Positions 1 through 11,620 of a DNA stretch of 64,000 nucleotides are shown here, piece after piece. Where the stretch lies: NCBI RefSeq assembly GCF_000143415.4, contig NW_003314277.1, forward strand, positions 1,392,493-1,456,492, given 5' to 3'. Both the position numbers and the translations under genes were made by a program. The notes beneath the pieces are model-generated. The model saw nothing but the letters and a program-made list of their open reading frames with translations. It had not been told where the DNA came from and made no database searches. This DNA is from Selaginella moellendorffii (taxonomy: Eukaryota > Plantae > Lycopodiophyta). The first letter of the stretch is position 1, and the number at the start of each line of letters is the position of its first letter.

Positions 1-1544
1 ATCGAAGATAGCTCAGGTGCCAGATGCCCGTCGTAGTCGGCCCCCTCCACCGGGATGTCTCGGGCACTGAGAGCCGCTCTTAGCCGGCTAGCTTGGAGTC
101 CGGCACCTCCGGGAAGATGAAGCGTCGGGACCGTGGGCTGCGACCAGGAACCTCCGCCGGACGGTGACAGTGGAGGAGTACTAAGTCCGCTCCCGGAAGC
201 ATTCGATGGAGAGAAAGGTGGCACCATGATAACTGGAGACTGGGACGTTGAAGAGAGTGGCGGGCTGACGGAGCCGGCATCCAGTGGCGACGAGGCTCTC
301 GGCGACGGCACTGCCGATCCCATCGAGACGAACAGCGGTCTCATCTCCTCCGAGGTGTGCGCAAAGAAGCACACTCTCCTGCTGCAGCTGGTACCATCTT
401 TGCAAAGCCGCGTCCTATACTGCGCTGGATGGAGCCAGCACTCAAAAACTCCATGCGCGTACTCGCACGTATCGCCCCGTCGACACGCACCCTTCCGGAA
501 ATCTGGGCATGGCACGCAGCTGTAGTGGAACCGTCGCGGATCTCTTCGTCGGGCGTTCTCGCCAGGATGAACAAACGGGCACTCTGTCCAGTCGTGCGAG
601 TAGGCTCTGGAACACGGCCGGACTTTGAAGGAGAACATCCGGAACTCATCCGTGGTGTAGATGCTGTTCTTGATGTCCGGCAGTGACGGGTCGACTGGAT
701 AGTCCTTCGTCTTCTCATCACTTGGATTCTCCGCAGACTTGGGTGACGAAGGGAACTGGGGCGAGAAAACTGGAGAGTACGAGTCCGGAGACGAGCAAAC
801 CGAAGACATGGACGACATTGAAACGAAACCTTCTCTCGTATCTGCGAAGGAGTCGTCGTCCAGCTTTGATGAGGAGAAAGCGCCACCCCCGTTACTCTGA
901 TGAGCTCCCTTGCAATCGGTATCAAGGCTGTGCCTCGCCGTACCAGTTGCGGACAGCATCTTCTCCAATTCAGACTTCGTAGACCGCAGCTTGAGTGGCA
1001 CCGCTATCACCTGTGCTGGCCGACGACCGTATGCATCCATCAAGCTACTGTTGGCACCACCCGAGAGCAACAGCTTCACAGCATCTACACCACGAGAAGA
1101 ACCACCAGCGGCAGCACAGTGAAGAGCAGTGACTTCGTCCTCGCCACAGAACTTATTGACATCAACCTTGCCTGACTTGAGAATGTAGCTCAGAACGTCG
1201 ATGCTCCCATACAAGGCCGCAATCATCAACGGGCTCCTCTTCTCGGTGGCCATCTTGGTGCTCCCAATTTTCCTCAAGTACCAGCTATCGGGCTCGTCTA
1301 AATCCATACCCCCCTCCTCCACAACCCTCCTGAAAGTTTCCAGATCATTGTTGGCAGCTAGCTCGAGTAGCGATGGAGTGGTCTCGCGTTCCTTGCAGCC
1401 CTTGTCCATGTCTGACCACAATAAGGGCGGCTTGAGAAGAGCTTCTGGGTGCTGCGACAGTGGCGAGCGGCCTAGGACGTCGTCAGCTAGCATCATTCTG
1501 TAATTCTTTGCGACCGGCTTCGAGTGCTCAGGGCCCCCACACAT
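1..1544 (-). CDS. Ankyrin-repeat + RR-tandem CCCH zinc finger protein (TZF7-11/OXS2/SZF-like); 3' end lies beyond the left edge of the window
   Basis: Manual translation of a minus-strand frame with no stop in the window, so it is absent from the ORF track. Reads MCGGPEHSK...[11 protein letters not shown]...[20 protein letters not shown]...[11 protein letters not shown] (ankyrin)...[117 protein letters not shown]. Probable 50-nt 5'UTR intron at 1564-1613. Confidence 0.95.
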   Translation of the reverse strand, partial: MCGGPEHSKPVAKNYRMMLADDVLGRSPLSQHPEALLKPPLLWSDMDKGCKERETTPSLLELAANNDLETFRRVVEEGGMDLDEPDSWYLRKIGSTKMATEKRSPLMIAALYGSIDVLSYILKSGKVDVNKFCGEDEVTALHCAAAGGSSRGVDAVKLLLSGGANSSLMDAYGRRPAQVIAVPLKLRSTKSELEKMLSATGTARHSLDTDCKGAHQSNGGGAFSSSKLDDDSFADTREGFVSMSSMSSVCSSPDSYSPVFSPQFPSSPKSAENPSDEKTKDYPVDPSLPDIKNSIYTTDEFRMFSFKVRPCSRAYSHDWTECPFVHPGENARRRDPRRFHYSCVPCPDFRKGACRRGDTCEYAHGVFECWLHPAQYRTRLCKDGTSCSRRVCFFAHTSEEMRPLFVSMGSAVPSPRASSPLDAGSVSPPLSSTSQSPVIMVPPFSPSNASGSGLSTPPLSPSGGGSWSQPTVPTLHLPGGAGLQASRLRAALSARDIPVEGADYDGHLAPELSS

Positions 1545-2612
1545 CCTCTTTTTTTTTTCTTTCCTGTCAACGATGGCCACTAAGAAGAAAATGCGGTAAA
1601 AGAAGGGCCATACCTCGATCGACAGCAGTGGTATTCACAGCAATCGCGACGTCTCCACCGTCATAGACTCATCACCGCCACTCGACAGCTGCAAAGATCA
1701 CGAATACCGCAATTCCACGAATTGAGAATCCCGATCGTGTCGTACAGATGAGCAAGAGGCAAGGGAAAGGGATTTTCGTGCAGGCAATCTCTAGCGAGGA
1801 AAATGAGAGCGGAGCAAGCATCGCCGGGCGCTACATTCTCTCTGGATTCGTGGCAAGAGACTCTAGCTCACCAGAATGCCCCGCGCATCGATCAGCCGAT
1901 GTCGACGCCGACTGCCGCGCGCCAGCGCCAGCGCTTAGATCACGGATGGAGCAGCAGCACCACCACGCCTCGACCAAAGAAAAAAAACCTAACAATGCCC
2001 CCCAGCAACAGCCTTGGAGGAATAAAAGGAGAGAGAGACGGAAAACTATGAAACACTCGGCCATAGCCGATCCGACGGCTATCTTGCCCGGCGGTAATCT
2101 ACCGGGTAGCCATCCAACGGCGAGGATACTAAGGTACTATAATAAGCTCAAGATGTGTGCGCGCGTGGCATTTGGCAAGGCCGTCCAGACGGCCGCCCGC
2201 CCATGCAAGCTCCAGTCGCATCTGCCCTTCACTGCCCGTCACTCTCAGCCGGATTGCACACAACCCCTCACGTCCGCCATTCCCATTCAATTTAACTGTT
2301 CATCTAATGGCGACGGCTTCCGTTAAAACGTTAAGCGCGCCCATCTCTAGCCGTCCGTGGGGTCCATCCGACCGCCCGCAACCTCCCCCCCATCGCGCTC
2401 GTAAAATCAACAAGATTATTTCCATATGACGTAAGTATGTCGCTATTTACACTGGCACAGTACAGTACGCGATGGTGACTGTGGTCAATAACTCGCAAGT
2501 AAAATGCAATGGTGTTCTCGTGTCCGGAAAGTACTGGTTTAACGTCCGTACGTGTGGTTTTGGATCTCCCATCGCGGACCGTCGGATAAGAATATACTAA
2601 GACCGATGGTGG

Positions 2613-2669
2613 TATAAATACTTTGATGCTAGGGTTGAGAGCTTTTTTCTGGTTCTTCTGTTAGGGTTC
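2613..2669 (+). promoter_or_regulatory. TFIIS core promoter: TATA box and telo-box-like motifs, in the divergent intergenic region shared with the TZF gene
   Basis: TATAAATA at 2613-2620, ~85 bp upstream of the ATG. TAGGGTT motifs at ~2630 and ~2662. Confidence 0.45.
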
Positions 2670-2703
2670 GCGAGGGCGAGGGCGAGGGCGAGGGCGAGGC
2701 GCG

Positions 2704-3673
2704 ATGGCGGCAGCGACGGCCGATCAGCTCACGGAGCTGTTCAAGACGGCCCAATCGGCCGCGCAAAAGGCAACGGCGGTCGAGGGAGCTGAGGAAGATC
2801 GGTGCGTCGAAGCGCTGCAAGCGATGCGTTCTCTGCGAGTGACGACCTCGCTCCTCATGTCGACACAGGTACGTTGCCCTCCTCCCTCTCCGCGAGAATT
2901 CTAATCGAAATCTCCGCCATTTCCAGGTGGGGAAGCAGCTCCGGAAGCTCACGAAGCATTCCCGGCCCAAAATCCGGTCGATTGCTGTCGATATTCTTGA
3001 GGATTGGAAGAAGGTAGTGTCTTCCGAGGCGAGCTCCAAGAGCAAGGCGGAGGGCCCGAAATCGTCCGCGAATGCGTCCGTGGAAAAGGGCAAGGTGTCC
3101 TCCAAGCAAAGCAATGGAAACTCCAGCAGCAAGGCCAGGCCTTTACCGAAATCCAACGACGCTACCAGGGACAAGATGAGAGAAGTGCTACTCGAGGCCT
3201 TCCAAAAGGTCCCCCAGGAAGCCGAGGGCCAGGAACTTGCTCGAGCAAACGCCAAGGATCCAGTCCAGGTAGCAGTGGAGGTGGAGAATGCACTCTTCTC
3301 CAAGCTCGAGTCTACCAAAGTTGACAAGAAGGCAAAGTATCGCTCCATCGTCTTCAACCTCAAGGATCCAAACAATCCCGACTTGAGAAGAAGGTTGCTG
3401 CTCGGGCAGATCTCCGGCTCACAGCTCACGACCATGAGCGCCGAGGACATGGCCAGCGATCAGAGAAAAGCGGAGAACAAGCAGATCAAAGACAAAGCTC
3501 TCTTCGAGTGCGAGCGGGGCATGAAACAGGAGGCGACCACGGATCAATTCAAGTGTGGGAAGTGCGGCCGCCGGGAATGCACGTACTTTCAGAAGCAAAC
3601 GAGGAGCGCCGACGAGCCCATGACCACTTACGTTACCTGCGTCAACTGTAACAATCGCTGGAAGTTCTGCTGA
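2704..3673 (+). CDS. TFIIS: Transcription elongation factor TFIIS (2 exons: 2704-2868, 2927-3673; ~303 aa)
   Basis: N-terminal TFIIS_N domain, central KYRSIVFNLKDPNNPDLR, C-terminal zinc ribbon FKCGKC...QTRSADEPMTTYVTCVNCNNRWKFC. 58-nt GT-AG intron in phase 0. Confidence 0.97.
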
Positions 3674-4652
3674 GCGCGGCGCGAGAAAAATCTTCTTTTT
3701 TCATCCGGTTCTATCGGTGAGGGGACGAAAAGCTCAAGAACACGAAGGGACGAAGAACAGGGTGTGACAACGTAACTTATCATCTCCATAGGTACACAGC
3801 AGTTCGTAGCGTTGTTTCTTCTCTCTCTCTCCTTTCTCTCGTCTTCCTTTCTCTTTTTCCTTCGTTTCTTCGTGCTCGCAGTTGAATCTATTTTTTTGTT
3901 TCAGTGCCACCATCGTTGAAACGCTTTCTTCTTCCAGTCCCTTCACTCGACAGTCGAGAGATCGGGACACAAGAAAGAATTCTTTCGTGTAAGCATCTCT
4001 TTGTTTTTTTTTTTTTCCTTTGTATAATTTTGTTCGTTGTCGATTGATCTTCGTGATCGATTGATCGAGCGATGGAAGAAAGGAAAAAGAAAAAGAAAAA
4101 AGAATAGAGAAGTTCTCGCACAAGTTGCTTGGTCTCTGGGAAAAATTGTCCTTTCGTTTTCGATGCCACACGGTGATTTCCTCTCCACTTTCGTGTGTTG
4201 AAGAGTTCCGGGGGTTAAGCGGACGGCTGCGATCTCCCGGGCGCAATCAACGGCCGCGATGTCCTGGTTCTACCCACCGGACATGGGCTTAGTACTCAAA
4301 TCCAGCTGTTCGCTAGACGGGCGCTTCACACAAGAGGAGGCGCTGGCTATGGCGATGGCGATGGCGGGAAGGCGCTCCCAATGCCCTGTCGTAATCTTCT
4401 GGTGGCGCTGAGCGATCTTGGAGGCGCCGGTCGAGTCTTCCGCGGCGAGCAGGGATTTCGAGGTATTTTGTCGCTGTTGGAGAGCGCTGCCACTCTCTCA
4501 ATCATCTTGTTGTGGCGAGCGAGCCCGCGATTCTGGAGGCGCCAGTCGTGTTTTGATCTGGGAAGCAAGGTATTTTGCATCGATCCAGCATTCTCAGATC
4601 CCGATCTCCGCGGCCCTGGAATCTTGACAAGGCGTGCTCGTTCAATGCAGCT

Positions 4653-6297
4653 ATGGACGCGTTGAGGAAGCAAGCGACGAAGTTCCGGGAACAAGTAGCG
4701 AAGCAACAACAGGTACTTGCTTCGACCTCTTTCCTTTTTTTTCCCCTCTTTCTCTCTCCAATGATTCTTTCTTCCATCCAGGCGGTGCTCAAGCAATTTT
4801 CGAATCACGGGCCACAGGGAGCCGATGTGATCATCACCGATGAAGCCGAGCTCCACAGGCATCAGCAGCTGGAGAAGCTCTTTGTATCCACGCGCGCTGG
4901 AAAGGTACAAATTTTTGTCCCAACATATTTGAAGATTGTGATGAGCTCGTGTGATGTTTCCAGCACTATCAACGTGACATCATACGAGGTGTGGAGGGTT
5001 TTATAGCCACGGGCACAAAGCAGCTAGAACTTTGTAAGTTGGTGGCTCGTTCATTCTTGCCTCGGTTTCTAACTTCAGAGTTTTTCTTTAGCAACTAAAC
5101 TTGCCGAAGATTGCCGAAGGTACTCCGTTGAGAGTACCAAAGCGGATGGTGCTCTTGCGAAGGCTTCTTTGCACTATGCCGATGCAAGGTTCAACATGGA
5201 AAAGGAAAGAGACGGCCTGCATCGAGCTCTTAGCACTCAGGTATGTCCCAAGGAGTTTTAGACACTGAAAGCAAGCTATCTTATTGTAGGTTGGTGAGCC
5301 TCTGAGAGCAATGGTGATGGGTGCTCCACTCGAAGATGCACGCCATCTGACACAGCGATACGATCGCCTTCGGCAGGAAGCCGAAGTACAGGTTAGTTTG
5401 GCCTCACTTTCTTGCTTTGTGTTTACATGGGGGAATGACAGGGGGAAGATGTTCGGAAGAGGCAGGCAAGGTCCCGAGAAGGCGGNNNNNNNNNNNNNNN
5501 NNNNNNNNNNNNNNNNNNNNNNNNNNNNNNNNNNNNNNNNNNNNNNNNNNNNNNNNNNNNNNNNNNNNNNNNNNNNNNNNNNNNNCTACAAATGGCAGAA
5601 GCAAGAATGCAAGAGCTGACCTCGGCGATGGCCGTTTTGGAAAGGAGGCAGCGGCTGCAATGACAGCAGTAGAAGCGCAACAACAGCGTCTAACACTGCA
5701 GCGCTTGATCTCTATGGTAAGTGTCACTTCACTACATCTTTACTTGATGATACTAGTTTTGTTGCATGCACAGATTGAAGCAGAACGCAACTATCACATA
5801 CGTCTGGCGGAGATACTTGATCAGCTTTACGCACAGGTTTTTATACAGTATCTTACCAGGACAGCAGATTAATTCTGTGAGAACGTTCCGAAATTGTTAC
5901 AGATGGTTTTGGAGCGTCAACGTAGCGAAGCACTGCCGCTCACAGCGGACAACTATACTCCTTCGTACGATGATAACAAGCCAAACGGAACCTTTTCGAG
6001 CAGCGGCATTGGAAACGCATTGGAAAAATCCATGTATTTCCTGGCCGAGGTGTTGCATCCCTTTGACGCGGAAGGAGAGAACGAACTAACGCTCAACCTG
6101 GGAGACTACGTTGTTGTCCGGCAGGTGGGTGACGAGCCAAAGTCATTGAATGAATGAACGTTTTTCTTTTGCAGGTTTCTACCACTGGCTGGTCAGAAGG
6201 AGAATGTAAAGGCAAAGCGGGATGGTTTCCATCTACGTATGTGGAGCGCAGGCAGCGTGTTCCTGCTAGCAAAGTTACAGAAACTGGCTCCATGTAA
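4653..6297 (+). CDS. BAR + SH3 domain protein (SH3P2/SH3P3-like), multi-exon, interrupted by an assembly gap
   Basis: MDALRKQATKFREQVAKQQQ|AVLKQF...ELHRHQQLEKLFVSTRAGK; VMGAPLEDARHLTQRYDRLRQEAE; KEAAAAMTAVEAQQQRLTLQRL; SH3 YFLAEVLHPFDAEGENELTLNLGDYVVVRQ|VSTTGWSEGECKGKAGWFPSTYVERR...SM*. Apparent 1-nt deletion near 5640. Confidence 0.93.
5486..5585. other. Assembly gap (100 N)
   Basis: Run of N. Confidence 1.
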
Positions 6298-6671
6298 AAG
6301 TAAGGTACTTTCAATAAAGCATTTTCTTTTTGTGTCAACGGAGGCCAGTTTATCGACTCTTTCTTTTGGTGCGGAGCTGGGCCATTCGGAGGTTTGTTTC
6401 CTCATTCTTTTTCTTTTTTTAATTTGCACCGTGAAACTTCTTGCAGGAGGGAGCCAGCTGACAAATAGAAACAAGGAGTAAAGCCATTTCTACGAACATC
6501 CATTCGTACCTCGCAAGCCCGGAGATGATCGTCATCGTGTGTGGAAGGACCTTGTCACTCTTCGCGCCTGAGCATCAAAAGCATATCAGACACCAAACAC
6601 AAATCAGTCTACCTTGAAGGTCAGTATAAACTTCCTTTCGATGTCCTCTCTCCGGCAAAACTGATGGTCGC

Positions 6672-8744
6672 TTAAAACAGACATGGGAATCCATATAGAG
6701 ACATGGCATTGCGAGAGCTTTGGAACACTTCTCGCTCGGCTTCTTTGGCGCTGGCATCCCGTGCTGCTTTGTCCGCATTTAACCAGTAAGGTGGCTCTAT
6801 CCGAATTGGTGCAGTCGAACAGACCTGGCGAAAAATCGAGAGTGTGGAACAAGTAAACGAATTAGCACCAAACCTGGGGGCACTGTTCAGAGGGAACCCA
6901 GAGATCTGACATCTCGGGCTTCTTGAAATTCAAAGACGATACACGCTCCCTTCTGTGTTTCCTTGGAACTCTCGGATGGCTACTTCCAGGAGAGAGACAA
7001 GTTCTCACTACATGCAAAGCAGAACTTCGTACCTTGGAGATGAACCATCTGATATCTTGCACAGGTCCTTGTACCTCTCGGCGAGCTTTGCATCGGAACA
7101 ATGCCCGTGATCGTGATCGTGGTGGTATTGGTGCTGGTGGAGCTGCTGCTGCTGCTGCTGCTGCTCGAGCACGGCTCTCGGATCAAACTTCTCCCGCTTG
7201 GCTTCCTCCAGCCTCTCCATCAAACGGGCCGTGGAGTTGAGTGACGGGGTGGCAAGGTCCAGCTCTGGAGGACTTGGAACAGATCTGCCGTGGCTGTGGC
7301 TGTGGTCATGGCTGCGGTCATGGCTGCGATGGCTCTGACAACTATGCGGCCTTGGCAAAACCGACGAGCACTTCGGAGCCCAGCCACCTTTAAATTCCGG
7401 ATTCAATCTACTGGAGCGCAGCGGGCGCTCCCGGCGTGGCTGCGGAGCTTGTTGCTTGCTCGCCTTGGACAAAGTCACAACAGGCAGGACGGTAAACCGG
7501 GCCTTGGCCGCGGCGTTGTTCATGGCAGCGGCTCGGTTGAGAAACTCCGACTTGGCTGGGCCGAGGCCGAACCGCATAGGTGGCTTTCTTCCCGGGGGCC
7601 CGGTTAGCAGCGTCGTTGTCGGCAGCCTCTTGCGAACCGGCCCCTCGACGTGGAGCTCCCTCTCTACGCCGGCTTGGATGGAAAGGTGGCTCTTGTCCTT
7701 TCGACCGCAGCAGCTACAGTCCATGATCCGGTGCTCGGAGCACGCACCGTCGGAGCTCTTGTCGGTGGCAGTGTCCGGGGAGGCGGAGGCAGCGGCGGCG
7801 TTCTTCATGTGCTTGGAGGAGCTCTGGTCGCGCGGCATTGCTTGAGTAGCGCTGCGAGGAGTTGGGATGGCGGACCGGATGTTTGGAGGTCCCGGCATGG
7901 CGGAAGGAGACTCTGTCTTCTTTGGAGAAGTAGCGGCGGCGGGGACGACCTTGGGGGATTTCTTGGGCGAGGAGGACGTCGCGGCTCGAGGGAGTAGCGG
8001 CGAGCTGGTTGAAGATGGCGACGAGGTGGCGCTGGTGATCCTGGCGAGCGGTGGGACGGCGGGACTGGAGGAGGAATTGGATTTGAAGTGGCTGGAAAAG
8101 TCGGCCTTCCATCCCCCGCCGCTGCTACACACCGAGACCGCCGAGTCATTGCCGCCATCGCCGCCGCCTTGGCTCTCGTGTTCTTCCTCCTCCCGCGAGA
8201 AAAGATTGGCGAGAGCCACCTCGTCTGGATCGTTGGCGGCCTTCCATGTCCATCCGGGTTCCTTGCTGCCATCGCATTCTTCTCTTCCAGTGGCGGCATT
8301 TCTTGGGGAAGAAGATGGCGATGGCGAGGAGGAAGGGCAGCAAATGGGGAGGAAGCGCGAACACACCTTGCCCGGAGAATCCTCGCAAGCAAAGAGCTCG
8401 CGCCTGTGATCGCCCCACGACACGCGCCGGATCGCGGCGGGGAGGATCGCTCCCGCCTCCTCGCAAGCCCTAATCCTCTGCACGCCCAGCAATTGACCTA
8501 ATCGCGGCAGCGAGCTCTCCACGCTCCCAGGCTGGGGGAGAGATCCATCGCTGAACGCGCCCCCGAGCTCTTCCCTCTCCCACATTGCCAGTGGAGCTGC
8601 GAGCCGCGTGGGAGATTCCGGTGGCGGCGATGGAGCTAGCGGCAACAGCAGCGGCGATGGCGGCGGCGATGGGAAGCGCGTGCGCAGCCTTGTGAGTGGG
8701 CGGGGCAGGAGCTCCTCCGACGAGGAGCAAGGACGCTCCTCCAT
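6672..8744 (-). CDS. Unknown Ser/Pro-rich, largely low-complexity protein (large first exon plus two short 3' exons)
   Basis: 578-aa GC-rich ORF 7008-8744. Phase-compatible GT-AG introns near 7032-6983 and 6872-6824 extend it with ...SSHPRVPRK...EQCPQ|VCSTAPIRIEPPYWL...YGFPCLF*. No family recognised. Confidence 0.7.
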
Positions 8745-11137
8745 CGCCGCCCTTCTTCCCTCCCAAAAATTCTTTTAATTTGCTTTCATTAGGTCAGGAA
8801 TGGCCGTTAAGGTTCCACAGGTCGCGGGCTCGAATCCCGAGGGCGTGACCGACAAAAGAGCGAACCAAGAACACAGGAGAAAGAACGAATGCGTGAATTC
8901 GTTCTCTCGTCTCTTTTGTTTGCGGGGCGTTCAAGTGGATGTAGATCAAAAGAGCCTCTACACCAAAGCGATTCCCGCAATGCCTGACGCGGTCGATTTT
9001 GCCCCTTTCTTTCTCTTCCCATGAATCCGCAGCGCAGCAATTCATCCTTGGCTGGCCGCGGCATTGCTGAGGGGCAACTCTAGGATCTACCAAGACCCTC
9101 TACGCGAGAAGAAAGATCTAGAGACGACTGAAAGCAAGACTCGCAAGAACAGGGCGGCGCAATGAAGCAAACAAGACGACAACCCAATCTTCTAGTTTTA
9201 AAAGCCCTGGGGGTCAGGTTGAAAGCCCAGAGGAGACTGAATTTTTGGGGAGTCATTTTTTACTCCTGCATGCACATACGGTAAAGTAATGATAGAGTAA
9301 TGATCGAATATTTTGTACATGGTGATGGATACTATACTTTGCTCATTGTTTTAGACTAATTGTCAATGCACAAGAGTTTTACTGTTTTTGTTTTTACGTG
9401 TTTTCCTTTGACGCCAAGAAGCATAAGATTCGAACCCAGGACCTCAGGGTGCCTTGTCTCTCTATCCTGCTAGGTTACGTGCAGAACAAGAAAACGGCTT
9501 GCTTTGCTCCTTATAAACGTGTAAGAAGAACAATTACTTTCTTTGTCGGTGGTGCTCTTGATGATCCTCGAATTAACAAATGTTTCCTCGAATCCAAGAG
9601 CCTTTCTCAAGAACAGTGCAAGATGCATGGGAGGATCCTGCCTCCCAGGCCCGCGAATCACCCGATGGAGTGAGGAACCTCCCTGGTGTAAACATCAAAA
9701 CTCAGTGGTGACAATGCACTTATAATGAACTTGTTGAACAGTTATCATAGTCATGAACGAATTTGGAGAATTTGAAATCATCGCTGGCAGTCTCATTCCT
9801 AGGAGCTCCACCTGACAAGAACCGAGCACTGTGGTCCGAGATGAGGCAACTGGCTGCTGCCACTACCGCTGCGAAGCAATGCTGGATCTGCTGCTCAAAC
9901 CAGGCGGAGGCGGCGGCGCTGCGGCCCAGCCGACGGGAAGAAGGTGGCGCAGTGCTTTTTGGAGGCGAGCGCCAGCAGGCATGTCACAGCGGCGGCCATA
10001 GCAGTCAGAGCTGCGCCGCCCTTGCCGCCGGCTCCATGGTCCACAAGGAGCGCCACCCATTGGATTCGGCTCCTGGGATGCATAAGCGATGAGAATCAGC
10101 AAGCGAACAAAGTCAACGTACATAAACCCAAAACATGGGCCGCAGCTTCAAGCCGATACTGGCTGTACTTTACGGATGATGCCAATGTTGGGCTTTAGTA
10201 AAGAAAACATGAAGAATATGAAGATGAAAGAGTGGGAGTAAATATGCAATGAGAATGAACTAGTCAGTATGTTTCCTTTACTTTAGACTGTGAACTGTGA
10301 ACTTGAATTTTCCAAGCGTGGGACTAGTGGCAGCGGGTTCGGAAGGAGCAGGCTTGACATTTGTGGCACAAGCTGATTTTTGAAAAACACTTTTTGTAAA
10401 CACTGAAAGTTTTCAAAACTTACCAATTGAAACATTCAAGTATCTGTGATGGTGTTTCGTCAAAACGTACGACGTCTGCAGGGAAATAGCAGATCACTAA
10501 CAGCAAGTCCTAGATCCAGATCGCTAGGAAGTGGTTTTCTTCGCCCTGCTATTGTTTGGAAACCGCTGCTCGTGTATACCGCGATGCCTCCATGGCCTCG
10601 GTGGATCTGGGTTGCTTTCTAGTTCCATGCGCTGTACGAAGCCTGGGAGATCCAAGACCCTGCTTTGTTGATGTTCCCATGGCTCGGCTAGTGCTATCAG
10701 AAAGCCCTGGTATGAGGGAAGCTGCTGATGTTCCAAAAAAGTAGCTGTAGATCACGCGTCGGGGCTCCGGCGCTCTTCGAGGAAAAGGACAATACCACCT
10801 TGTTTCTTTGCCGCTAGCTTGGACAATGATCCTGAGCAGTGGGACGGGAAACCACAAATGCTATGTAAAAATTTGACTGCCTGAAAAGGAACAATTCTCA
10901 CCCGTCTCCTCTGGACCACACAGAGCTCATGCATACAAGTTGTGAACGGCTAAATCCAGATTTCGGTGAGCTACATAAGGCTTTTTCTACCTACTTTTGT
11001 TTTGTTGAAGTACGGCGATTTCAGTCGATAATACGCTAGAATGTAACACAAAATAATTCTAGAGCCTCCTGACCAGCGGGATTCCCCAGTGGCGGCAAAG
11101 ACCTCCACACTTGTGTCTAATTGGACTCTTTTGGCAC

Positions 11138-11620
11138 CCGCAGGAAGAAGCTTGCGAACGACGCTGCCGTGGGGGCGATAGATTTCAGGATATGGTGGGA
11201 GCGAGGATGTGTTGGAGAAATTAGGACTTCCTTGATTTCCTGAAGTACCTCGAGGCTGGACTAGAGAGCAAATACGAGAAACTCACCAAGCGGCTGGGTG
11301 GCCATCTATGTTTGAGCTGGTGCCGAGGGCGTGGGAATATAATTCTCGAGGTTTGCAGTTTCCCCCGAGATGGAGTTTAAGTTGAAATCAGGCAAGTCGC
11401 TGGGTCACCACCCTATGACAGGTAACCATTCTTGTAGTATTTTCGTGCAGGTTCAAGAACATGAACATGCAGACTGACGCAATCAACGTGCATCAAATTG
11501 ACAAGAGCGGGGGGCACGGAGAGAATCTCGTGCTGTGCCGTTTCACGAAGACAAGGAGTCGCACAGGGACGAGTGATCTTTTGGTCACCGAGTATGGGGA
11601 CAGCAATAGAGTCGGTACTA
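11138..11620 (+). pseudogene. Degraded partial copy of the gene at 13933-15420
   Basis: Clear similarity to 13950-14520 (cgcaggaagaagcttgcgaacg..., ...gtcgcacagggacgagtgatcttttgg), including intron 1, with deletions and frameshifts. Confidence 0.85.

Noticed and set aside
1748-2326. 192-aa plus-strand ORF
   Set aside because: No recognisable features; lies in the TZF leader and divergent promoter.
9425-9445. Isolated B-box-like gattcgaaccc (also gggctcgaatccc at ~8826)
   Set aside because: No A-box, tail or TSD to support a SINE or tRNA.
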